From: Candidatus Thorarchaeota archaeon
GTDB lineage: Archaea > Asgardarchaeota > Thorarchaeia > Thorarchaeales > Thorarchaeaceae
DNA length: 29,278 nucleotides
Direction: 5' to 3'
NCBI GenBank assembly: GCA_048884785.1
Contig: JBHLQM010000008.1
Span: forward strand, 1-29,278
The number at the start of each line of letters is the position of its first letter. Position 1 is the first letter of the stretch. A model generated the notes under the pieces. The model had not been told where the DNA came from and made no database searches. It saw nothing but the letters and a program-made list of their open reading frames with translations. Below are positions 1 through 8,715 of the stretch, piece by piece. The position numbers and the translations under genes are program-made.

Positions 1-95
1 CGTGCTCGAACACCTCTTCTGAGTTCTGTACTGAGAGACTCAACGCCTAGCCATGAGTAGACCCTACTCATCTTCTCAAGTTGCTCTTCTGGCAT
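1..95 (-). CDS. 5' part of an unknown protein running off the window (MPEEQLEKMSRVYSWLGVESLSTELRRGVRA...)
   Basis: ATG at 95-93 on the minus strand, preceded by GAAGGAG (104-110); frame is open to the window edge; divergent from hdrA1. Confidence 0.6.
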   Translation of the reverse strand, partial: MPEEQLEKMSRVYSWLGVESLSTELRRGVRA

Positions 96-179
96 CGCTA
101 GAACTCCTTCGCTTCACTAGGATCAAATAGGCCCGTCGCTTACTTGTTTCAATACTTAACACTAGTGTACTCAGCAAAT

Positions 180-235
180 CCATTTTGACTTAACAATGTA
201 AAGTAAAATTGGTGTCCGTCCAGAAAGATTATATC
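180..235 (+). promoter_or_regulatory. hdrA1 promoter: imperfect palindrome centred on 196 (core ACTTAACAATGTAAA, 188-202) plus purine-rich BRE-like run and TATA-like box (ATTATATC, 228-235)
   Basis: CCATTTTGACTTAACA-A-TGTAAAGTAAAATTGG has 16-bp arms with 3 mismatches; the same core occurs upstream of hdrC2. Confidence 0.55.
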
Positions 236-286
236 GTTCATGAAGACTTTCCCAGTGTTGTCAATCCCTGCTGGAGACTCTCTCAG

Positions 287-3200
287 ATGGTCAGCAAATC
301 AGCACCAAAAACAGATCTATCGACAAAACCTACAGATGTACTCATCATTGGCGGTGGAATGGCGGGCATCAATGCCGCACTTGACCTCGCAAAAGGTGGA
401 CATCATGCCCATATCATTGAGCGGAAAGTAAACATAGGTGGCAATTACGTCGCTGTTTATAAAATATTTCCAATGCTGGAATGCAGCGCCTGTGTCATGA
501 CTCCCCTCACATCATTTGTCGGGAAACATCCAAACATCACGATTCACGCCCTCTCCGAAGTGGAGAGTGTTTCTGGAAAACCAGGCGATTTCACAGTCAC
601 GGTTCGAAAGAAGGCTCGCTATGTCAACGAGGACAAGTGCACAGGGTGTCAGTTATGCATTCGCTCTTGTCCAGTCGAGGTCCCGAATGAATATGATCAG
701 GGGCTCTCCCTCCGAAAGGCCATCTACATGAACTTCCCACAGCAGATTCCACTCATCGCGACGATTGATAGAGAGTCGTGCATTGGCTGTGGAACGTGTG
801 CTGGGGTATGCCCTCAGGACTGTATCATGTACGATGACGAAGACAAGGTCTACGATCTACATGTGGGAGGCATTATTGTTGCCACAGGATTCCAAGAGTA
901 CAAACCACTGGACTATGGGGAGTATGGCTACGGCATCTATCCAAATGTAGTGACCTCGTTCGAGTATGACCGTCAGAGTCATCCCACGGGACCCACTGAT
1001 GCCCATATGGTTCGACCATCTGACGGAAAGGAACCCGAGAAGATTCTGTTCATCAACTGCGTTGGAAGCCGGGATGTACGAGAAAACATCACAGGATATA
1101 GTCAACATTGTAATCGTGTATGTTGTTCCTTTGGGCTCAAGCTCGCACAGGTGACTCGCATGCACTATCCAAGAGACCACTGTGAGATCATCTACACGTA
1201 TATGGACATGAGAACAGCAGGAAAGGCATTAGAAGAATTCCTCTGGGATAGTGAGCGAAATCAGGGCATCGATTTCATCAGAGGAAGAGTAGCCGAGGTT
1301 AAGGAGGACCCCGATACTCATGACCTGTTTGTCAAGATGGAGGACACTAATACTGGAAAGATCATTGAGATTCCAGATATCTCCATGGTTGTACTGAATG
1401 CAAGCTTCAGACCAAGCGATGGCATGGAAGAACTCGCCAAGAAACTCAAGATTGACCTTGATGAAGCAGGCTATGTGCTTGAGAGACATGCAAACAGTGG
1501 AGGACTTGAAACTACTCGGTCGGGCATCTTTGTCGCAGGGTGTGCACATGGTCCCAAGGATGGCACTGACTCTGTGAATGAGGGAAAGGGTGCTGCACTT
1601 GCGGTGCATTCTACCCTCCCAATACCCTTGGCAAGGGCAGCGGAAGAGATTCCACCGGCTGAACTTGGCGATGAAGCTCGAGTGGGAGTGTTTGTGTGTC
1701 ACTGTGGAGGTATCATTGGCAATGAGATAAGCTCGCCGGGACTGGCTGATTGGGCGAAGTCACTTCCTAATGTTGCCTATGCGACTGATTATCTATTCAT
1801 GTGTTCAGACCCTGGCCAACAGCTCATCACAGACGCCATAAAGGAACACAAGTTGAACCGAATTGTTGTAGGCTCGTGTTCGCCGCTTCAACATCAAGAA
1901 ACGTTCAGACGCGCGCTAGAAGCGGCGGGACTGTCCCAGTATTATTTTGTAGGTCCAGTAGGGCTACGAGAACACCTTGCCCTTGTGAATGCCAAGGCTT
2001 CCAGAGAAGAACGGCAGGAAAAGGCGCAGGACTTGATCAGAAGTGCTGTTGCACAGGCAATCAACAATGAAGTAGTGCCTATCAAGGAAGTCGAGGTTAC
2101 CCGGACGAGCATGGTGGTTGGTGGAGGAGTGTCTGGAATGACTGCTGCCCTCGATATTGCCAAGAAGGGCTTCAATGTGCTCCTCGTAGAAAAGACAGAC
2201 CGACTCGGAGGAAGACTCAATGATCTCAACAGGCTATTCCCCAAGATGGAGTCTGCTGAGGAAATCGTCACTAGCCTTGTAGAGAGAGTACAAAAGAGCA
2301 AAAGAATCAAAGTCATCTATAATTCAATTCCAGTAAGGCGAGACGGTGCCTACGGGAACTACGAAATTACACTAAGAAACACTCAATCTGGAGAGGAAGC
2401 AGTTCACACCATAGGCACGATGGTAGTAACAGTGGGAACTGAGACATATGAACCAAAGCCAAATGAGTATGGGTATGGCGAGGTCCCTGCAGTAATTACA
2501 ACTCTTGAACTGGAGAAAAGACTTAGAGCGGGAGAAATAAAGAAGGCACCAAAGAATCCCATCTTTATTCATTGTGTGGGCTCTCGGCAGAATCCGGGAG
2601 AAGGTAATAGATACTGTTCGCGAGTCTGCTGCTCAGCCATCATTACCATGCAACATGAGCTCAAGGAGATGTTCCCAAGCATCAAGGTGTTTTCAGCGTA
2701 CAAAGAGCATATTCGACCATATGCCAAGGGAATGGAAGAGATGTGGAGAGAGAATCGCCAGAACGGGGTTTCTTATCTCAGATGGGTCAGAGAAAGGCCT
2801 CTCATGGTAGAGAAAGCCCCTGACTCGGATGATGCAATTGTTACAATCTATGATACATTGGCACAAGAAACCTTCAGAATTCGATCAGAGATGGTCGTAC
2901 TAGCTCTAGGTCTTGAACCGCCGCATGACGTGTCTGAATTCGCAAAGGCTATGGGGATCAATCGAGGACAGGATGGCTTTTTGGCAGAGATGCACATGAA
3001 ATATCGACCTGTTGAAACGACTGTGCCTGGTGTCTTCTTGGGAGTGACCTATGCCAAGAATGTCCAAGACTCTATCAATCAGGCAAGAGGTGCTGCAAGC
3101 GAAGCGACAATTCCGCTAAATCTTGGAACAGTCGAGATCGAACTACTTACTGCTGAAGTTAATCAAGACCTATGTGTTGGATGCGACCTATGCCATTATT

Positions 3201-3391
3201 CAGAGATCTGTCCGTACGATGCAGTTTCTATGATGGAGATATCTCCTGGAGTTAAGAAGAGTTTAACTGATGAGATGAAGTGTGAAGGTTGTGGTGCGTG
3301 TTCTGCGATTTGTCCGACCGGAGCACGGGACCTGCGTTGGTGGCGTGAGCATAGCTTCATGGAGCAGATAGAAGAGATGCTCAAGGAGTAG
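287..3391 (+). CDS. hdrA: Heterodisulfide reductase subunit A-like protein, double-FAD form (HdrA1), no MvhD fusion
   Basis: Two GxGxxG FAD motifs (IIGGGMAG, VVGGGVSG); inserted 2x[4Fe-4S] (CTGCQLCIRSCP, CIGCGTCAGVCP); CVGSR..CxRVCC twice; internal RVGVFVCHCG/MCS/SCSP domain; C-terminal ferredoxin. Start moved to ATG 287 (GGAG at 273-276). Confidence 0.93.
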   Translation: MVSKSAPKTDLSTKPTDVLIIGGGMAGINAALDLAKGGHHAHIIERKVNIGGNYVAVYKIFPMLECSACVMTPLTSFVGKHPNITIHALSEVESVSGKPGDFTVTVRKKARYVNEDKCTGCQLCIRSCPVEVPNEYDQGLSLRKAIYMNFPQQIPLIATIDRESCIGCGTCAGVCPQDCIMYDDEDKVYDLHVGGIIVATGFQEYKPLDYGEYGYGIYPNVVTSFEYDRQSHPTGPTDAHMVRPSDGKEPEKILFINCVGSRDVRENITGYSQHCNRVCCSFGLKLAQVTRMHYPRDHCEIIYTYMDMRTAGKALEEFLWDSERNQGIDFIRGRVAEVKEDPDTHDLFVKMEDTNTGKIIEIPDISMVVLNASFRPSDGMEELAKKLKIDLDEAGYVLERHANSGGLETTRSGIFVAGCAHGPKDGTDSVNEGKGAALAVHSTLPIPLARAAEEIPPAELGDEARVGVFVCHCGGIIGNEISSPGLADWAKSLPNVAYATDYLFMCSDPGQQLITDAIKEHKLNRIVVGSCSPLQHQETFRRALEAAGLSQYYFVGPVGLREHLALVNAKASREERQEKAQDLIRSAVAQAINNEVVPIKEVEVTRTSMVVGGGVSGMTAALDIAKKGFNVLLVEKTDRLGGRLNDLNRLFPKMESAEEIVTSLVERVQKSKRIKVIYNSIPVRRDGAYGNYEITLRNTQSGEEAVHTIGTMVVTVGTETYEPKPNEYGYGEVPAVITTLELEKRLRAGEIKKAPKNPIFIHCVGSRQNPGEGNRYCSRVCCSAIITMQHELKEMFPSIKVFSAYKEHIRPYAKGMEEMWRENRQNGVSYLRWVRERPLMVEKAPDSDDAIVTIYDTLAQETFRIRSEMVVLALGLEPPHDVSEFAKAMGINRGQDGFLAEMHMKYRPVETTVPGVFLGVTYAKNVQDSINQARGAASEATIPLNLGTVEIELLTAEVNQDLCVGCDLCHYSEICPYDAVSMMEISPGVKKSLTDEMKCEGCGACSAICPTGARDLRWWREHSFMEQIEEMLKE

Positions 3392-3397
3392 TTCAAG

Positions 3398-3967
3398 ATG
3401 GTATCACTCGATGGGCTCTATGCAGGTTGGATGGTCTTGAATGACCTTCTCGGAGAGCTCCAAGCAAGTGGAACCTTTATCCCAGACCTCACGTTTGCTG
3501 ATCTTCGGAATTCCAAGATGACTATTGAGTATCTAAGGTCATTCCAAGCTGATATGGGAATCACAGAAAGTGCCGATCGTCAACTAAGAGAAGAGATGGA
3601 ATTCAAGATGCTCAGGCTTCGGGAAACCATGATGATATGGATTGAAGAGAAGCAGGGGATTGAGAAGAGGAAAGAGTGGCAAAAGAAGTTTCAAGATGCA
3701 CTTGATGGAGCCATTATTCCAATGATGGAGGAGAAACAGGTCCCAATTTCGGATCTTCCAAGAGAGAAGGATATCGGCTTCTTCAGAATCAGACTTCCTG
3801 ATGAAATTCCTGTGGAAATCATAAGTGAGATCGCAGAAATTTGCGGTGTTCTTATCCATCTTGATGGTGACCGACATTTGCAGGTAAGTGGAAAGAAAGA
3901 TTGCGTACGAGATGCCATGAAGCGTCTGGGTGAGCTTTTCTATGGAGAAAATAAACTCAAGCGATAA
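3398..3967 (+). CDS. DUF2096-like conserved archaeal protein
   Basis: N-terminal WMVLNDLLGEL..IP....DLR..K..I and C-terminal LPRE..FFRIRLP..SGKKDCVRDAMK match my recollection of the DUF2096 pattern; 6 nt after the hdrA1 stop. Confidence 0.7.
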   Translation: MVSLDGLYAGWMVLNDLLGELQASGTFIPDLTFADLRNSKMTIEYLRSFQADMGITESADRQLREEMEFKMLRLRETMMIWIEEKQGIEKRKEWQKKFQDALDGAIIPMMEEKQVPISDLPREKDIGFFRIRLPDEIPVEIISEIAEICGVLIHLDGDRHLQVSGKKDCVRDAMKRLGELFYGENKLKR

Positions 3968-4038
3968 CTGGATAACGCTCTTCAAGAATTGAAGCACACT
4001 TCAAATTGTATAGATCAATTGAATTGCTCGGCGCATGT

Positions 4039-5172
4039 CTAGAAATGAATGGAGTCCATTACTTGATTCACCATAAATTCCCTATCTTCCTTCCATGCAT
4101 GGGCATTCTCATCGAATGCCTCGGCCCAAATACCATACCGCATCGTCTTTGAGTAGTCTAAAATTGAAACTTTCATTTCACTCCATCTCGTTTGAAGACT
4201 TGATAGAAGGGCTGAGAGATGATTTGCCTGTATTCTCAATGTCCAGAATAGTTCATTCTTCATTGTCCTCAGGATGGATTCAAATGGTATTGGATGCGAC
4301 TGCAGTCTTGAGTGAAGGGTATCAATATCTTCTTGATTATCCCGGCCTGTTATGAGCAAGTTCGTGTAGATATCAAATGCAGCAGGGTCTATTGATACTC
4401 TGTAACCGGAGAAACACTGGTCTCTGATTTGTGCGTATCGACGGCTAAATGTGGGAGTAGTAATCGAGTAGCCCTGCTTTTCGAGTTCTGAGATTATCTC
4501 GGTATTCCGTCTTCTTGCATCCAACATGACTTCGTTCATGAGATGAATATCTTTGCGTGTGAGCCAGTCTAGGGATTCTCCTTTCCGTGTGGCCATAGAG
4601 GGTTGCTGTAGATTCTGCGATTTTATTTCAAACCAGTTTTTCCAATCGAAATCCCATGTCAAGATTTCAGGTTTCCAGCCTTTCACACTCATAGAAGTAT
4701 AAGTACTTCTTCCATCGTTCAGTCGCCACATCTCATAATTTGATGCAATTCCATCCCTAATTACTGAATCAAGAAATTCCTTCAGATGTGAGAGGGTTCC
4801 TTGCGGTATTCTGAATTGGAGGAGCAACCCATTGAAATATCCATAACATCTCCCTCTGTATGAAGTATAGGGATGATTCGTAGTCAAGACTTCCATAGTT
4901 TCTAGCTTCTTGTAGCTCTTCACTTCGACAAAGGCCTGCACCAGTTCCAGTCCTAAACTTTCCAGGTTTAAGAGAGGGTTTACATAGAAGTATTTCTTCA
5001 TCGGAGCTTTGTCTTTTGCGTCACCTATCTCTCGATATCCTTGTAGTTCCTCGAGACGCTTCGCCACTGTTGGCCTCGACATTTCAGCCCTCTTTGCAAG
5101 CTCATCCAAAGTCCCCAGTGGATTTTCTTGAATTGCTGCAAGCAATGGGAGATATCTTAAATTCAGTGACAT
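4039..5172 (-). CDS. Tandem Lrp/AsnC-like winged-helix transcriptional regulator
   Basis: N-terminal HTH (IQENPLGTLDELAKRAEMSRPTVAKRLEEL) and a second AsnC-type HTH (LTRKDIHLMNEVMLDARR..TTPTFSRRY), each followed by an alpha/beta domain. Confidence 0.75.
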   Translation of the reverse strand: MSLNLRYLPLLAAIQENPLGTLDELAKRAEMSRPTVAKRLEELQGYREIGDAKDKAPMKKYFYVNPLLNLESLGLELVQAFVEVKSYKKLETMEVLTTNHPYTSYRGRCYGYFNGLLLQFRIPQGTLSHLKEFLDSVIRDGIASNYEMWRLNDGRSTYTSMSVKGWKPEILTWDFDWKNWFEIKSQNLQQPSMATRKGESLDWLTRKDIHLMNEVMLDARRRNTEIISELEKQGYSITTPTFSRRYAQIRDQCFSGYRVSIDPAAFDIYTNLLITGRDNQEDIDTLHSRLQSHPIPFESILRTMKNELFWTLRIQANHLSALLSSLQTRWSEMKVSILDYSKTMRYGIWAEAFDENAHAWKEDREFMVNQVMDSIHF

Positions 5173-5200
5173 TCTGGAATCCTCTTAAAATTCAACTACC

Positions 5201-5680
5201 TTACATTATTACTCTTGTATATATCAGCTGAAAATCAGGAAGTCCTGGATTCAATTCTGGAGGGTCGAAATCAACTATGTCACAGCCACCTTTTAGATCG
5301 AGGCCATCTGCAATCTTAACAACCACCTTGAATCGATACCAACCAGACTCTGAAACCGTGTTATACCATCCAATCGCGACCTCTATACTTGTATAGGATT
5401 CAAGCAGAAACGCAAAATCATATTCAAGACCTGAGGGAAGTTCAATGCTCATCCGAATATGAAACAAAACATAGGCGTTTTGTGGAATTAAGATATCGAA
5501 AATAGTGAGGATATCATCCTTTTGCTTATCTTTATCCAAATCAAGATATGAGGCCTTTGTAATTTTCACCCCTACGGCATCCTCTCCATCCGTATCAAAT
5601 GCCTGTACTTGATTAGGAAGTACTCCTATGACAAGAAACAGGACAAAGAGGACTACGAAGGAGCTAAACCCTCTTCTCAT
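5201..5680 (-). CDS. Secreted beta-rich protein with signal peptide and DxDxD Ca-binding-like loop
   Basis: MRRGFSSFVVLFVLFLVIGVLPNQVQA signal peptide; YLDLDKDKQKDDI; start moved to ATG 5680 because the upstream extension lies in the AT-rich promoter. Confidence 0.7.
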   Translation of the reverse strand: MRRGFSSFVVLFVLFLVIGVLPNQVQAFDTDGEDAVGVKITKASYLDLDKDKQKDDILTIFDILIPQNAYVLFHIRMSIELPSGLEYDFAFLLESYTSIEVAIGWYNTVSESGWYRFKVVVKIADGLDLKGGCDIVDFDPPELNPGLPDFQLIYTRVIM

Positions 5681-5736
5681 AGGTGTCAACCCCATTGAAA
5701 TTAATGTAAATCTATATGGACTGTTGCTTTTCAATC

Positions 5737-5782
5737 TTGTCATAAAATTTTTGACAACTTTTATAAGTTTTTTTAATATTAA
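5737..5782. promoter_or_regulatory. Divergent promoter with palindromes TTGTCA-N9-TGACAA (5737-5757), AACTT-N4-AAGTT (5756-5769) and TTAATATTAA (5773-5782); TATA-like TTTTATAA at 5759-5766
   Basis: Read directly from the AT-rich intergenic sequence between two divergent genes. Confidence 0.5.
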
Positions 5783-5789
5783 TTTCATA

Positions 5790-6140
5790 ATGATAGGAAT
5801 GGGAACTCTTTTGGATTGCGATGAAGGAGAGATGTGGGTAGACTACATTGATTTCGTCAAGAAATATCATCATACTAATAGGAAAATATCAGCAGTGATT
5901 AGAGTTGTAGATTCCAGATACACACCTATTATCATGGCACAAGTGAGAGCCACCATTATTGACCCAGAAGGGAATCTACAGTCTCTAAGCAAAATGACCA
6001 ATCATCAAGGGATGGCGGTTTTCGAATTTTCACGAAGTTACCGGGGAAGATGGGAGATTGTCATTGATGAGATATCTCATCCTTGCTACAAATATGATAC
6101 TGTAAACTCGCTCGCACTGAATCGATTCACTAATCTGTAA
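5790..6140 (+). CDS. Small Ig-like/carboxypeptidase-regulatory-like beta-sandwich protein (start 5790, 5799 or 5832)
   Basis: IRVVDSRYTPIIMAQVRATIIDPEG..MTNHQGMAVF..GRWEIVI is a typical transthyretin/Ig-like pattern; ATG 5790 is ~25 nt after the TATA-like box; ATG 5832 follows GAAGGAG. Confidence 0.6.
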   Translation: MIGMGTLLDCDEGEMWVDYIDFVKKYHHTNRKISAVIRVVDSRYTPIIMAQVRATIIDPEGNLQSLSKMTNHQGMAVFEFSRSYRGRWEIVIDEISHPCYKYDTVNSLALNRFTNL

Positions 6141-6248
6141 TCGTTTGGAGGCTCTCTCCTTGATCCGCGATATGTTTCCGTTTCGTATCATCAGCCTATA
6201 AGGCTTGGATTGCCTTCTACCAGTGCGAGCGAGACCACTTCTCAAAAA

Positions 6249-8621
6249 TTAGGTCAATGGCAATGAAATCCGGAAAGTCGCGCCTTTTCTGCCTTCTTCG
6301 TCGAGCAATTCAATGGTACCATTGTAGGCAGAGAGAACATGCTTTACAAGATAAAGCCCAAAACCGCCGCCTGTGGTAGAAACTCCTTTCGAGAATAGTT
6401 TCTTCTTAATCTCTGGAGCAACGCCGGGTCCATTATCAGAAATATCAATAAATGCTCTCTTCTCAGATTTCGAGATGGATATCTCTATTTCTGGATCAGC
6501 TGCTGAAAATTGTACGGAGTTTCGTATTATGTTTTCAAACACCATAGGTAGAAGTCGTCCACCTATAATTCTCAGTGGCTGAGCATCTTTTGCAACAGCT
6601 ATCTTAACTGATAGGCCACTATAGATCTTTTGTGCTTCTGTGGCGACTCTACTGATTAGCTGCGGAATTTCCTGTTCGACATCCTCCTCAGGTCGACTGA
6701 GAGCCTCCAAGAGATTCTTCATTCTTTGAGCTGCATTCTCAACTGTTGAAATCATCTCGAGCGTACGACTGTTATCATGACCCAATATGTTTGCAGCATC
6801 GATATAGCCTAGAATTATTTGGAGATCATTGCCCAAGTCATGATGAAGCAGCGAAGTGTAGAGTGCGAGTTCCCTCTCATGTTGCTCACGCTCTAGCTCA
6901 ACCAATTTCTTCTCAGTTATATCATGAACAACCCATACAATGCTCTTCTTGTCCTCATGCAGACTAAGCGTGGATGAAAACCAGTAATTAGTGCCATTAA
7001 TGAGAAGCTGATAGTCAATTGTCTGACTTGTGCCAGTTTCCCGTATTTGTGATGCCGCTTCCTTGTACCTCCGTACTACATCTGCTGGAAGCACATCATC
7101 AATTTTGGCCCCCATAAATTCCTCTGGCTTTTTATAGAGCAGGTGCTTTGGAGAACCATAATACTGCGAATAGCGATTTTCGGAATCATAGACAAAAACC
7201 AATTCATGCATTGACTGAACCAGAGTTCTGTGTCTCTCTTCGCTTTCAATTAATGCGTCTTCGGCTCTTTTCCTGTTGATCGCGATGGCGTATAGTTTGC
7301 CTAAGCGTTCTATGGCCTCTAGGTCACGATCTGTATAGTCATTCTTGGCATTTGAAAGCGCGATTTGACCAACGAGCTCACCTGCGATAACTGCTGGGAC
7401 CGAGAGGAAGTTCTTCAATGGAATATGCTCCTCTGGTGTCCCTGAGTGTGATTGATGTTCTTGCGGGAAGTTTGTATAGAATGATTTGAGTGTGTTTAAT
7501 GAGTGCCCCCAAAGGCCCCCATATGTCAAATCCTCATTCACCATAAAGGCCGCTTGAATATCCTTGATATCAACATTGCATTGACCTTTCATCATTTCAG
7601 TCAAAGTATGTCCGATATTATCGCGAGTCACAGGGTCAATCGAAGATACATAACCATGCTCGCTCTTCGTGAGCTGTTTGCTGTACTCCAGAACTAATTG
7701 AGCTACTTGGATGATTGGTTTATCTGACGATATTAGCGCATTTGATAGATCTGCTACTGCTTTGTTTACCCTAAGCTCCCATTGCAATGCTTCTTCTGAA
7801 ATATACCTCTCGAGGAACCTACTCAGGTTCTCTGCTAGACTCTTGAGTAGAAATCGTTCTTCTTTTAGGAAGGGACCTTCATCCGCCAACGGTTTTTCTT
7901 CCAAATAGAACACTTCAAGTGATCCAACTTTTTTGTTTGCAACTTCTATATCTACAGCTTGTTTCCATTGAGTTTCCCGAAAATTGCCAGTGACGTATTC
8001 CGTGTCATGATAGATTGCTCTAACGCATGCACACTCTGGATACCGCCAAGCAGGTTGCATAATGAACACGAGATGTTCTAATATCTCATCTAAAGATTTA
8101 TCCGAACTCAAAAGCCGTGACGATTCATAGAGACAGGTTAGCTCCTTTACACGGTCGCTTAGCTCAGATGCTTTTGCTGCAAGTCTTTCTTCAGCTATTT
8201 TACGTTCAGTGATATCCTCGCCCGAACTGATTAGGCCAATAGCTCGTCCCTGGTCATCTTTGAGGATATTTGTGCGCCATGCGATAGTACGCCGTTCACC
8301 ACTTCTATTGATTATGGATCGTTCTATGTAATCTATCTTAGATAGTTCTCCACTAATCAGCTTGTGGAAATTCTCTTCTACAGCGGCTCTTTCTGATTCA
8401 GGAACTTGAGCAAACCAGCTCTCTCCTATCGCCTCTCCATTATCGTAGCCAAGAATCTCGTGCCCCTTTCTATTCAGGAGTATGATTCTCCCCATAGTGT
8501 CAAGCACCATTAGGATGACTCCTGCAACATCGAGATACATTTGAGCACGGCTATATGTTTCCTCGATTATTGATTGTAGAGATAAATCATCTTTGCCGTG
8601 ATTCTTATTGCCACGACTCAC
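6249..8621 (-). CDS. Cytoplasmic PAS-(GAF-like)-GAF-PAS sensor histidine kinase
   Basis: PAS/PAC ending GEDITERK and HDITEKK; GAF (LKNFLSVPAVIAGELVGQIALSN); H-box LLHHDLGNDLQ; N-box FENIIRNS; G1 DNGPG; G2 GGGFGLY; no TM segment; GTG start. Confidence 0.92.
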   Translation of the reverse strand: MSRGNKNHGKDDLSLQSIIEETYSRAQMYLDVAGVILMVLDTMGRIILLNRKGHEILGYDNGEAIGESWFAQVPESERAAVEENFHKLISGELSKIDYIERSIINRSGERRTIAWRTNILKDDQGRAIGLISSGEDITERKIAEERLAAKASELSDRVKELTCLYESSRLLSSDKSLDEILEHLVFIMQPAWRYPECACVRAIYHDTEYVTGNFRETQWKQAVDIEVANKKVGSLEVFYLEEKPLADEGPFLKEERFLLKSLAENLSRFLERYISEEALQWELRVNKAVADLSNALISSDKPIIQVAQLVLEYSKQLTKSEHGYVSSIDPVTRDNIGHTLTEMMKGQCNVDIKDIQAAFMVNEDLTYGGLWGHSLNTLKSFYTNFPQEHQSHSGTPEEHIPLKNFLSVPAVIAGELVGQIALSNAKNDYTDRDLEAIERLGKLYAIAINRKRAEDALIESEERHRTLVQSMHELVFVYDSENRYSQYYGSPKHLLYKKPEEFMGAKIDDVLPADVVRRYKEAASQIRETGTSQTIDYQLLINGTNYWFSSTLSLHEDKKSIVWVVHDITEKKLVELEREQHERELALYTSLLHHDLGNDLQIILGYIDAANILGHDNSRTLEMISTVENAAQRMKNLLEALSRPEEDVEQEIPQLISRVATEAQKIYSGLSVKIAVAKDAQPLRIIGGRLLPMVFENIIRNSVQFSAADPEIEISISKSEKRAFIDISDNGPGVAPEIKKKLFSKGVSTTGGGFGLYLVKHVLSAYNGTIELLDEEGRKGATFRISLPLT

Positions 8622-8715
8622 TGTACTATCAGTCCCACTAGCAGTTCTAGCTCACAAAACATGATGTCTTTCCTTATAACTAGTACTTCAATCAACATAA
8701 GAGATATTCGTTGGC

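Noticed and set aside
159-168. Perfect palindrome ACACTAGTGT and recurring ACTAG in intergenic regions
   Set aside because: Short and without consistent position relative to promoters; compatible with chance
3389-3397. Pyrrolysine/amber readthrough fusing hdrA1-DUF2096 (and korD-korA at 27825-27830)
   Set aside because: TAG ends many genes here at their expected C-termini (hdrB1, GNAT, permease, radical SAM 2), and an in-frame junction also occurs with TAA (hdrC1-hdrB1), so chance or translational coupling is enough to explain it
4039-5172. Fused siroheme decarboxylase AhbAB
   Set aside because: Similar Lrp-like tandem architecture, but the HxYxR...NL(W/F) motifs are absent and no heme-synthesis genes are nearby
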